64,000 nt of DNA from an uncultured Clostridia bacterium (lineage in GTDB: Bacteria > Bacillota > Clostridia > Christensenellales > CAG-138), in contig CAKTYU010000001.1 of assembly GCA_934633985.1 (NCBI GenBank), positions 93,500 to 157,499 of the forward strand. Reading direction: 5' to 3'. The notes below the pieces were generated by a model. The model searched no databases, was not told the origin of the DNA, and saw nothing but the letters and a program-made list of their open reading frames with translations. Numbering within the stretch: position 1 is the stretch's first letter; each line of letters begins with the position of its first letter. Of the stretch, positions 8,001 through 15,959 are shown in pieces. The translations under genes and the position numbers were made by a program.

Positions 8001-8795
8001 ATGCTGAAGCTGGACAATATATGTAAGACCTTCAATCCGGGTACAATAAACGAAAAAAAAGCGCTGCAGAACCTATCGCTGACCCTTAAGCCGGGCGACT
8101 TTGTAACGGTGATAGGCGGCAACGGCGCGGGCAAGTCCACCATGCTCAACGCCATAGCCGGCGTATGGCCTGTGGACAGCGGCTCCATAACCATCGACGG
8201 CATAAACGTCACGGGCGAATGCGAGTACAAGCGCGCCGCCTACATAGGCCGCGTGTTCCAGGATCCTATGCTGGGCACCGCGCCGAATATGCAGATAGAG
8301 GAAAACCTTGCGCTGGCAATGCGCCGCGGCAAGCGCCGCGGGCTGCGCTGGGGCGTCACAAAGGCTGAGCGGGAGCAGTACCGGGAAAGGCTGAAGGGCC
8401 TGGGCCTCGGCCTTGAGGACAGGATGACGGCAAAGGTGGGGCTGCTCTCCGGCGGCCAGCGGCAGGCGCTGACATTGCTAATGGCGTCGCTGCAAAGGCC
8501 GAAGCTGCTGCTGCTGGATGAGCATACCGCCGCGCTGGATCCCGCCACCGCCAAGAAGGTGCTGGACATATCCGACAGCATCATCAGGGAAAACGGTCTT
8601 ACCGCAATGATGATAACTCATAACATGAAGGACGCCATAAACCACGGCACAAGGCTCATTATGATGAACGAGGGGCATATAATACTCGACGTGGAGGGCG
8701 AAGAAAAGAAAAAGCTAACCAAGCAGCAGCTGATGGAAAAGTTCGCCGAGATAGCGGGCAAGCAGGTGGAATCCGATAGGATACTGCTGTCGTAA
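8001..8795 (+). CDS. ABC transporter ATP-binding protein
   Basis: Walker A GGNGAGKST, signature LSGGQRQ, Walker B LLLLDEHTAALD. Confidence 0.9.
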   Translation: MLKLDNICKTFNPGTINEKKALQNLSLTLKPGDFVTVIGGNGAGKSTMLNAIAGVWPVDSGSITIDGINVTGECEYKRAAYIGRVFQDPMLGTAPNMQIEENLALAMRRGKRRGLRWGVTKAEREQYRERLKGLGLGLEDRMTAKVGLLSGGQRQALTLLMASLQRPKLLLLDEHTAALDPATAKKVLDISDSIIRENGLTAMMITHNMKDAINHGTRLIMMNEGHIILDVEGEEKKKLTKQQLMEKFAEIAGKQVESDRILLS

Positions 8796-8796
8796 G

Positions 8797-9130
8797 CTTC
8801 TGCTCAGACAGAATAGGGGGCGCCGCCTAAAAAGCGGAGCCCCTTCAGTCTGTCGAAAAACCGTGGGGTTGTTAAGGGGCCGCAGCCCCTTAAGTTAATT
8901 CCGGCTTTGACGACATGTGCGTCAAAACGGATGAAAACCGGAGGTTTTCGCACTTTACGGGTTTTGCCGCCCGGGAACGAATGTGAGAGGCAAAACCCGC
9001 AAAAACTCGAAAAAGTGGTCTTTAGCCACTTTTTCGACACTCTGTAGGGCCCCGCCCGATAAAAGCGGGACCCCTTTAATATCGACATTTTTGCAGGGCA
9101 GCGTCACGCGCTGCCGAGCTTAAGGCGAAT
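8797..9130. repeat. Cluster of at least five consecutive imperfect hairpins (REP/MITE-like intergenic repeat array)
   Basis: Hairpins lie at about 8808..8862, 8870..8893, 8906..8928, 8960..9000, 9008..9036 (CGAAAAAGTGG/CCACTTTTTCG) and 9045..9075. A 37-nt block at 9001..9037 is identical to 14076..14112. The track ORF 8804..9088(-) is probably spurious. Confidence 0.7.
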
Positions 9131-9131
9131 A

Positions 9132-9335
9132 TTACATATCCGCGCAGGGATTATTGGCCGGGCCCATGTTCAGGGTAAGGCCGGCGGTTATGCTGCTTTG
9201 CAGAATGTTCAGGCATTCTCCGAAGCGCTGGAAGTGAACTATCTCGCGCTCCCTGAGGAAGCGCAGGGGATTGATTATGGCAGGGTCGTCCGTCAGCACC
9301 ATCAGGTGCTCGTAAGTTGCTCTCGCCTTCTGCTC
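9132..9335 (-). CDS. cotJC: cotJC 3' segment (codons 136-202 plus stop of a split manganese-catalase-family spore coat gene)
   Basis: This minus-strand frame lacks a start codon and is not in the track. It translates as EQKARATYEHLMVLTDDPAIINPLRFLREREIVHFQRFGECLNILQSSITAGLTLNMGPANNPCADM*. This is collinear with the remembered B. subtilis CotJC C-terminus (AAEEKARATYQWL...LRFLREREIVHSQRF). Confidence 0.85.
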   Translation of the reverse strand, partial: EQKARATYEHLMVLTDDPAIINPLRFLREREIVHFQRFGECLNILQSSITAGLTLNMGPANNPCADM

Positions 9336-9363
9336 TGCCGCTGTATCGAAAGGGCAACATTTT
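9336..9363. repeat. Element-terminal inverted repeat, left arm (attP half-site within attL)
   Basis: Minus-strand sequence AAAATGTTGCCCTTTCGATACAGCGGCA. It matches 24 of 28 positions with the inverted arm at 21834..21861. Confidence 0.85.
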
Positions 9364-9369
9364 TCCGCG

Positions 9370-10935
9370 CTAAAAGCTCCAGTGTATTTCCAAAGGCACC
9401 TCCCAGCTTCCGGGCGGGCGCTTTCCTATATATATGCGCTCTATCAGGGCTTCTACTGCGGCGCGGTCCAGCGATTCCAGCAGCAGCGGCAGCTTTTCCG
9501 GCTCCGGCGGGCGATACGCCCGCGCAAGCTCCGCCGCGCCGCTTGCAGCGGCTTGCGTTAGCCGCTGCTTTTCGGCGGAGATGCGCTTTAGGGCGTCTGA
9601 AAAGTCGGCCTCGCTCACGCGGCCCTCCGCCCTGTCCAAATAAAGACGCGCCAAGGCCGCGGAGCATGCCTCCACGCGCCCCTGAAGCCTTGATACGCGC
9701 TGGGATAAGTCCCGCGCCAGCTGCGGGCTGCCGCGCCGGAGATATAGCTCCTTCAGCATATTTTCATCGAGGCTTTCTGCGGCGATGCGGTTCGCCTCGC
9801 ACAGCACGGCCCTCTCCAGCCGCTTTACGGATATGAAGCCGCCGGGGCAGGCGTCCTTTGAAATATAGCGGCGGCTGCACCGAAGGTAGCCCTCGCCATG
9901 GCTCTTTGCGGAGCGCATGGGGCCCTTGCAGCAGGCGCAGTATACCCTGCCGGAAAAAGCGCCCGCCCTGTTGCCGGAAAAGGGGCGGGCCCTTTCGGAT
10001 ATGAGCTGCTGCACGCTCTGCCACAGCCTTTCATCTATTATCGCCTCGTGGGTGTTTTCCACCCTGAACCACAGCTCCGGCGGCCTTGGCACGCTGCGCT
10101 TGGTCTTGTAGGATGCGCTGCCGTACCTGCCCTGAACCATATTGCCGATGTAGACCTCATTTTTGAGCATACGGGATACCGTGCCGTACTGCCACAGCCC
10201 GCCGCCGGGGGAAGGTATGCCGCGGGCATTGAGCTCCCGGGCTATGGAGGTCTTTCCCCGGCCGAGCGCGAACAGCGAGAATATCTCCCGCACTGCGGCG
10301 GCCTTTTCATCATCTACTATGAGGCGTCCCTTACGGTGTGGGTCCTTGGCGTAGCCGTATGGCGCGGAGGAGCCTATGTGCAGCCCCAGCCTCCTGCGGC
10401 TGTCGAGCACGCTCTTTATGCTCTCAGACATATCCTCGAGGTACCACTCGTTCACGAGGCCGTTTATCTGGCGCGCCTTTTTGTTGCCGGGGTCGTCGGT
10501 GTCGCAGTTGTCCGCCACGCTCACGAAGCGTATGCCCCAAAGCGGGAAAAGGCCGTGTATGTACTTTTCCACCAGCTCTAACTCACGGGTAAAGCGGGAT
10601 TGGGTCTTACACAGTACTACGTCGAAGTTTTTTGCTTCCGCGTCCCGCAAGAGCCTGTTGAATTCCGGCCTGTTCCTGTCCGCACCGGCATAGTCGTCGT
10701 CGCTGTATATATCGTATATCTCCCAGCCCTGCGCGGCGGCGTACTGGGCGAGCAGCAGCTTCTGGTTCTGTATGCTTCCGCTGTCCGCGCCCTCCGCCCT
10801 GCCCTTGTCCTCCTCGGAGAGCCGGCAGTATATGGCGGCCCTCATGCGCCCCGCCTTTTGCACAGCATTTGCAGCCACCTTTCCGCCAGCAGCCTTTTGT
10901 CGGGAAGCCCGCCGCTTTTGAATACGCTTTTGCAT
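9370..10935 (-). CDS. Large serine recombinase (resolvase/invertase N-domain, recombinase domain and zinc-ribbon)
   Basis: Contains AAIYCRLSEEDK...SIQNQK...YSDDDYAGADRNRPEFNRLL...VVLCKTQSRFTRE (catalytic Ser region), then the recombinase domain, Cys pairs CACC...C and a C-terminal coiled coil. The stop is 6 nt from the terminal inverted repeat. The start is uncertain: the track's GTG at 10962 abuts the SD, so ATG 10935 or ATG 10845 is more likely. Confidence 0.9.
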   Translation of the reverse strand: MQKRIQKRRASRQKAAGGKVAANAVQKAGRMRAAIYCRLSEEDKGRAEGADSGSIQNQKLLLAQYAAAQGWEIYDIYSDDDYAGADRNRPEFNRLLRDAEAKNFDVVLCKTQSRFTRELELVEKYIHGLFPLWGIRFVSVADNCDTDDPGNKKARQINGLVNEWYLEDMSESIKSVLDSRRRLGLHIGSSAPYGYAKDPHRKGRLIVDDEKAAAVREIFSLFALGRGKTSIARELNARGIPSPGGGLWQYGTVSRMLKNEVYIGNMVQGRYGSASYKTKRSVPRPPELWFRVENTHEAIIDERLWQSVQQLISERARPFSGNRAGAFSGRVYCACCKGPMRSAKSHGEGYLRCSRRYISKDACPGGFISVKRLERAVLCEANRIAAESLDENMLKELYLRRGSPQLARDLSQRVSRLQGRVEACSAALARLYLDRAEGRVSEADFSDALKRISAEKQRLTQAAASGAAELARAYRPPEPEKLPLLLESLDRAAVEALIERIYIGKRPPGSWEVPLEIHWSF

Positions 10936-11014
10936 ATAGGTACTTTTTCCAAAAAACAACACCTCCCGTATATAGATATTACGGCGCGGCGGCGGTTATA
11001 ATACAGCCTGTGAT

Positions 11015-11029
11015 ATCTATATAATAGAT
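11015..11029. promoter_or_regulatory. LTTR-type dyad ATC-N9-GAT (T-N11-A box) in the recombinase/lysR divergent region
   Basis: ATCTATATAATAGAT is read directly from the sequence, about 100 nt upstream of the lysR start. A second 9-bp inverted repeat is TATAGATAT (10971..10979) / ATATCTATA (11014..11022). Confidence 0.35.
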
Positions 11030-11129
11030 AACGAATATTGCATTATATAAAATTTGAATAGATGAGCGATGGGCAAAGAATTTGCGTTGTTGTATACTAT
11101 ATGAGATTAAGGATTAAGGTGGGTTTGAT

Positions 11130-12092
11130 ATGGATATCAGCCTTAGGCAGCTTGAGGCATTTATAAAGGTAGCGGAGCACAGGAGCTTCTCCAAGGCGGG
11201 AGACGAGCTGTTTTTGAGCCAGTCTACCATAAGCAGCCATGTGGCGCAGCTTGAGCAGTCCCTTCAGGTGACGCTGATAAAGCGCCGTGAAAAGAAAAAC
11301 ATAGAGCTTACGGGGGAGGGGCAGAGGGCGTATCGCGCAGCGCAGGTGATAATCAACCAGGCGGAAATGCTGCAAAATATGTTCCGCAAGGAGGAGGCCG
11401 ACCAGCCCCTCATATCCATCGCCGCCTCCACGGTGCCATCGAGCTACATACTGCCGGGCATAATGACGGGTTTTTCCGACATCAGGCCGGAATGCAGGTT
11501 TTCCGTGCTGGATGGGGACAGCTCCTTCGCCCTTGAGCGGCTGCAAAACGGCGAGGCCGTGTTCGCGTTTGTGGGCACCAGCAGCCGCAAGACCGTATTC
11601 AGCTACCATACCGTCTGCCGGGACAGGATGGTGCTCATCACCCAGAACAACAAGGAGTTTGCCGAAAAAAAGGAAATGGGCGTGCTGGGCAAGGAGCTGT
11701 TGGAGTGGCCTATGATAATGCGGGAGAGCGGCAGCGGTACCCGCCGGGAGACGGACAACTACCTAAAGAGCATAGGAATGTCCTCGGCGGAGCTCAACGT
11801 GGCGGGCTATATGAACAACATCGAGGGGATAAAGAGCATGGTCGCCGCCGGAAAGGGCACCACCATACTTTCGGAGCGGGCGGCGGCAGACGCCATACGC
11901 GACGGGCGGGTGCTTTGCTTCGACCTCGAGGAGGACGGGCCGTATAGGGATATATACATCGCCTACCTCAAGAACCGCAGCTTCACACAGACGGAGCAGG
12001 CGTTTTTGAATTATGTTAGGAACCGCGGCGGCGAAAAGCCTAAGCAGAGCAAGAATAACAAAAACAACAAGAAAGCACTTAAGGAGGCATGA
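11130..12092 (+). CDS. LysR family transcriptional regulator
   Basis: N-terminal HTH LRQLEAFIKVAEHRSFSKAGDELFLSQSTISSHVAQLE, followed by a LysR substrate-binding domain and a K/N-rich tail. Confidence 0.9.
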   Translation: MDISLRQLEAFIKVAEHRSFSKAGDELFLSQSTISSHVAQLEQSLQVTLIKRREKKNIELTGEGQRAYRAAQVIINQAEMLQNMFRKEEADQPLISIAASTVPSSYILPGIMTGFSDIRPECRFSVLDGDSSFALERLQNGEAVFAFVGTSSRKTVFSYHTVCRDRMVLITQNNKEFAEKKEMGVLGKELLEWPMIMRESGSGTRRETDNYLKSIGMSSAELNVAGYMNNIEGIKSMVAAGKGTTILSERAAADAIRDGRVLCFDLEEDGPYRDIYIAYLKNRSFTQTEQAFLNYVRNRGGEKPKQSKNNKNNKKALKEA

Positions 12093-12098
12093 CGAAAA

Positions 12099-12707
12099 AT
12101 GGCAGACGTAAAGGTAAACGCGGTAGGCGAGCAGTGCCCTATACCGGTAGTAAAGGCTACCAAGGCGCTGGGCGAGTTTAAGGAAGCGGGCACCCTCGAG
12201 GTGCGGGTGGACAATGAAATAGCCATACAGAACCTTACCCGCCTTGCGGACAGCAAGGGACTGAAGAGCAGGAGCGAAAAGCTGGGGGATAATCTTTTCG
12301 CTATCACCATGGAGGTGAGCGGCCCGCTGACCATGGGCGGCGAGGATCTATCCTGCCATACTGACAGCAGGGGCGACTTTGTGGTGGCGATAGACGCGGA
12401 TACCATGGGCCGCGGCTCCGATGATTTGGGCCGCACGCTGATGAAGGGCTTTATCTTTGCCGTGTCCCAGCTCGAGGCCCTGCCCAAGACCATACTGTTC
12501 TACAACGGCGGCGCCAAGCTCACCGTCGAGGGCTCCGTATCGCTGGAGGATCTTAAGAGCATGGAGGCTCAGGGCGTGAACATACTAACCTGCGGCACCT
12601 GCCTTAACTTCTACGGCCTTACCGATAAGCTGGCGGTAGGCAGCGTCACCAACATGTATGTAATAGTAGAAACGCTGGCCAAGGCCGGAAAGGTCATCAA
12701 GCCGTGA
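12099..12707 (+). CDS. yedF: YedF-type sulfurtransferase-like selenium metabolism protein (TusA/SirA-like domain plus DsrE-like domain)
   Basis: The N-terminal VNAVGEQCPIPVVKATKAL carries the TusA CPxP motif. The C-terminal LFYNGGAKL...ILTCGTCLNFYG is DsrE/YedF-like. Confidence 0.75.
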   Translation: MADVKVNAVGEQCPIPVVKATKALGEFKEAGTLEVRVDNEIAIQNLTRLADSKGLKSRSEKLGDNLFAITMEVSGPLTMGGEDLSCHTDSRGDFVVAIDADTMGRGSDDLGRTLMKGFIFAVSQLEALPKTILFYNGGAKLTVEGSVSLEDLKSMEAQGVNILTCGTCLNFYGLTDKLAVGSVTNMYVIVETLAKAGKVIKP

Positions 12708-13837
12708 TCTACCTCGACAACGCCGCAACTACACTGCACAAGCCTCAGCAGGTGATAGACGCGGTGGTCCATGCCATGCAGTCCATGGGCAACTGCGCCC
12801 GGGGCACCCACGAGGAGGCCCTTGACGCGGCCCGCACCGTATACGACGCCCGCGTAAGGCTGGCGTCGCTTTTCGGCTGCCCCAGGGCGGATCACGTGGC
12901 CTTCACTGCGAACTCTACCGAGGCGCTGAACATCGCCATAAACGGGCTTATAGGCCCCGGCGACCATGTGATATCGACGGATCTCGAGCATAATTCCGTG
13001 CTGCGCCCGCTCTACCGTCTCCAGACGGAGCAGGGGACAGAGCTCAGCTTTGTGCCGGCGGATAAGCTCGGCAGCGTGGATTATGAGGACTTTGAGAGGC
13101 TCATAAGGCCGAACACGAGGGCAATAGTATGCACCCACGCCTCAAATCTCACGGGAACCGTGCTGGATATAGAGAAAATTGCAAAAACAGCCCGCAGCCA
13201 CGGCGCGCTTATGATAGTTGACGCCTCCCAGACGGCGGGCTGCTGGCCCATCGACATGAAAAAAATGGGCATAGACGTGCTGTGCTTTACCGGGCACAAA
13301 GGGCTTATGGGCCCGCAGGGCACCGGCGGCCTGTGCGTCAGGGAGGGCATAGAGATACGCCCCTTTAAGGTGGGCGGCTCCGGCGTGCAGTCATACAGCA
13401 GGACCCAGCCGGCGGAGTACCCTACCAGGCTGGAGGCGGGCACGCTGAACGGTCACGGCATAGCGGGGCTATGCGCTGCGGCGAGTTTTATATCCGAGAC
13501 CGGCGTGGAGGCCATACACGCAAAGGAGCGTTCGCTCATGCTGCGCTTTTATGAGGGCGTGAGGGCCGTCGAGGGCGTAACGGTATACGGCGACTTTACA
13601 AGGGACAAGACCGCCATAGTCGCGCTCAACATTCGGGATTACGAATCCGGCGAGGTGTCGTATGAGCTTTCGGAGAGCTACGGCATAGCTACCCGCCCTG
13701 GGGCCCACTGCGCCCCCCGTATGCACAAGGCCCTCGGCACGGATGAAACAGGCGCGGTGCGCTTCAGCTTTTCCTTCTACAATACGGAGGAGGAGACAGA
13801 CGAGGCGATAAGGGCTGTGGCGGAGCTTGCGCGATGA
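12704..13837 (+). CDS. Class V aminotransferase-fold cysteine desulfurase / selenocysteine lyase-like protein
   Basis: IYLDNAATT at the N-terminus, FTGHKGLMGPQGTGGL (PLP Lys) and RPGAHCAP (active-site Cys loop). A GTG start overlaps the yedF stop. Confidence 0.8.
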   Translation: MIYLDNAATTLHKPQQVIDAVVHAMQSMGNCARGTHEEALDAARTVYDARVRLASLFGCPRADHVAFTANSTEALNIAINGLIGPGDHVISTDLEHNSVLRPLYRLQTEQGTELSFVPADKLGSVDYEDFERLIRPNTRAIVCTHASNLTGTVLDIEKIAKTARSHGALMIVDASQTAGCWPIDMKKMGIDVLCFTGHKGLMGPQGTGGLCVREGIEIRPFKVGGSGVQSYSRTQPAEYPTRLEAGTLNGHGIAGLCAAASFISETGVEAIHAKERSLMLRFYEGVRAVEGVTVYGDFTRDKTAIVALNIRDYESGEVSYELSESYGIATRPGAHCAPRMHKALGTDETGAVRFSFSFYNTEEETDEAIRAVAELAR

Positions 13838-14070
13838 GAGAAAAAAAGCTTTGGCTTATAATAACCTTCCGTACAACTACGGCCGCCATGGCCATGGAGA
13901 GCCTCTGCGCCGGAAAGGGGCTGCCGGGGCGGCTAATACCCGTGCCGAGGGAGATAACCGCCGGCTGCGGAATGAGCTGGCGGGCTCCGGTGGAGAGCAA
14001 GGCTGAGCTCATCGAGGCAGCGGAGCAGGCCGGCATAGCCACGGACGGCGTATATGAAATAGTTATCTGA
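13834..14070 (+). CDS. DUF3343 (putative Se/S carrier-like) small protein
   Basis: 78 aa. The pattern LIITFRTTTAAMAMESLC...GRLIPVPREITAGCGMSW matches the DUF3343 pattern. The start overlaps the upstream stop. Confidence 0.7.
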   Translation: MREKKLWLIITFRTTTAAMAMESLCAGKGLPGRLIPVPREITAGCGMSWRAPVESKAELIEAAEQAGIATDGVYEIVI

Positions 14071-14075
14071 CCCGA

Positions 14076-14138
14076 AAAAACTCGAAAAAGTGGTCTTTAG
14101 CCACTTTTTCGAAACTATAAGGCCCCCGTAAGGGGGCC
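14076..14138. repeat. Second copy of the double-hairpin repeat seen at 9001..9075; probable bidirectional terminator
   Basis: AAAAACTCGAAAAAGTGGTCTTTAGCCACTTTTTCGA is identical to 9001..9037. It is followed by the hairpin AGGCCCCC-gtaa-GGGGGCCT. Confidence 0.75.
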
Positions 14139-14317
14139 TGTTTTACAGCGCGGAGACCAACCTGCCAGGTCGATGTTATGTGTATAATCAATAACGGGAA
14201 GCTCTTATCTGAAACGTGATTTGCAAAACAAAGGTTGCTTTGATAACATCTCTGTAGTTCCTATAAGGATGAGGCTTACTCATCCAGCTTTTATAATATC
14301 ATCAGGAGGTACTAACA

Positions 14318-14803
14318 ATGCACATCAAGAAGGAAATCAGTCCCAAGAAGGTACAAAAGGCAGCGGAAGATAATTTCCGCAACGGTTTTTTCTGCTGTGA
14401 GGCGCTGGTGCAGGCCATACGCGATAACTTTGAGCTGGATGTACCCAAGGAGGTAATAGCAATGTCCTCCGGCATGGCGGTAGGCGTGGGCGGATCGGGC
14501 TGTATCTGCGGCGCGCTCAACGGCGGCGTAATGGCGCTCGGTATGTTTTTCGGGCGCACTGAGCCCAATGGCCCGAAGGATCCCGTCGTAGTAAAGTGCA
14601 AGGAGCTGACCCATGAGCTGCACGACTGGTTCAAGGCCAACAACGGCAAGAACGCTATATGCTGCCGCGTGCTTACCAAGGAATTTGACATGGGCAAGGG
14701 CGAGCACAAGGAGCAGTGCATACGCTTTACCGGATTGGTAGCCTGGAAAGTGGCGGATATAATCGTGCGCGAGCTGGGCCTCGTAAATCTGGATGAGCAA
14801 TAA
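14318..14803 (+). CDS. C_GCAxxG_C_C family (putative redox-active) protein
   Basis: 161 aa. Contains FFCCEALVQA and GSGCICGALNGGVMALG, plus further Cys residues (CCRV, QCIRF). Confidence 0.8.
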   Translation: MHIKKEISPKKVQKAAEDNFRNGFFCCEALVQAIRDNFELDVPKEVIAMSSGMAVGVGGSGCICGALNGGVMALGMFFGRTEPNGPKDPVVVKCKELTHELHDWFKANNGKNAICCRVLTKEFDMGKGEHKEQCIRFTGLVAWKVADIIVRELGLVNLDEQ

Positions 14804-14829
14804 AGCCCGCTGAAAAAGAGGAAAAATAC

Positions 14830-15768
14830 ATGAAGAACGCGATCAAGAAAGTACCTATACCGATTTGCGGTGTTATGCTGGGCATGGCGGCGCTCGGCAA
14901 CCTTTTGCAGAGCTATTCCGAGGGGATAAGGTCTGCCTGCGGCATAGTTGCGGCGATACTTATGGTGCTGTTCCTGCTGAAGGTCATTATGTTCCCCCAA
15001 ATGATAAGGGAGGACATGAATAATCCCATAATGGCCAGCGTATCCGGCACCTTCTCCATGGCGCTGATGCTTCTGGCGGGTTATGCAAAGCCCTTCATGG
15101 GAGCCGCCGCCATGTATATCTGGTTCATAGCTATTGCGCTGCATGCGGCGCTGATAGTCTACTTTACCGTTAAATTCATATTCAAGCTGGATATGAAAAA
15201 GGTATTCGCAAGCTATTATATAGTTTACGTCGGTATAGCCGTAGCCGCCGTTTCCGCGCCTGCATTTGATCAGCAGGACATAGGCGCGGCTACCTTCTGG
15301 TTCGGCTTTGTTACATTATTGGCGCTGCTCGTGCTCGTTACCGTAAGGTATGCAAAGTACAAGGAGATACCCAACCCCGCAAAGCCCCTGTTCTGCATTT
15401 ACGCAGCCCCCGCAAGCCTCTGCGTTGCGGGCTATGTGCAGTCTGTGACCCCCAAGTCCTACGGCTTCCTTATGGCGATGTACGCTCTGGCGGCAGCGCT
15501 GTATGTAATCGCGCTGGTCAAGGCCATAGGCTTCCTGAAGCTGCCGTTCTTCCCCAGCTATGCGTCCTTTACATTCCCCTTTGTAATAAGTGCAATAGCC
15601 TCCAAGCAGACCATGGCCTGCGCCGCAAAGATGGAGATGCCGCTGCCCTTCCTCAAGTACGTGGTGCTCATTGAAACGATAATAGCCACAGTGCTGGTCC
15701 TGTATACGCTGGTGCACTTCATGGCGTTCATATTTACCAAGCCAAAGGAAGCGGCAGCCGCTAAGTAA
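14830..15768 (+). CDS. TDT family (tellurite-resistance/dicarboxylate, TehA/SLAC1-like) transporter
   Basis: 312 aa with about 10 TM segments. The N-terminal VPIPICGVMLGMAALGNLL is typical of TehA-like proteins. Confidence 0.7.
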   Translation: MKNAIKKVPIPICGVMLGMAALGNLLQSYSEGIRSACGIVAAILMVLFLLKVIMFPQMIREDMNNPIMASVSGTFSMALMLLAGYAKPFMGAAAMYIWFIAIALHAALIVYFTVKFIFKLDMKKVFASYYIVYVGIAVAAVSAPAFDQQDIGAATFWFGFVTLLALLVLVTVRYAKYKEIPNPAKPLFCIYAAPASLCVAGYVQSVTPKSYGFLMAMYALAAALYVIALVKAIGFLKLPFFPSYASFTFPFVISAIASKQTMACAAKMEMPLPFLKYVVLIETIIATVLVLYTLVHFMAFIFTKPKEAAAAK

Positions 15769-15792
15769 AAACCAAATAATGACCTGAAAACC

Positions 15793-15828
15793 GGGCGTTA
15801 TCGGCATGGGCCATAACGCCCCTTTTGT
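15793..15828 (+). terminator. Intrinsic terminator / palindromic repeat unit
   Basis: GGGCGTTAT...ATAACGCCC followed by CTTTTGTT. It shares GGCGTTATCGGC and ATAACGCC with the hairpin at 17508..17538. Confidence 0.65.
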
Positions 15829-15959
15829 TATCGCTTGTTTGAATTTTATCAGCATCGGGCGTAATGGTATAATAATATTATCAGGAAGTACGCGCCGACA
15901 GTCGGACGCGCCATTTAGAAGATCAAAAGCAAAAAACAAATCATACGGAGGTACTCTAA

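Noticed and set aside
9151-9836. Track ORFs 9151..9360(-), 9198..9836(+) and 9302..9667(-) could be genes at the element/host junction.
   Set aside because: They are Arg/Pro/Ala-rich and in the wrong frame or antisense to the recombinase 3' end and the cotJC 3' segment. The biologically meaningful frame at 9132..9335 is one the track omits because it lacks a start codon.
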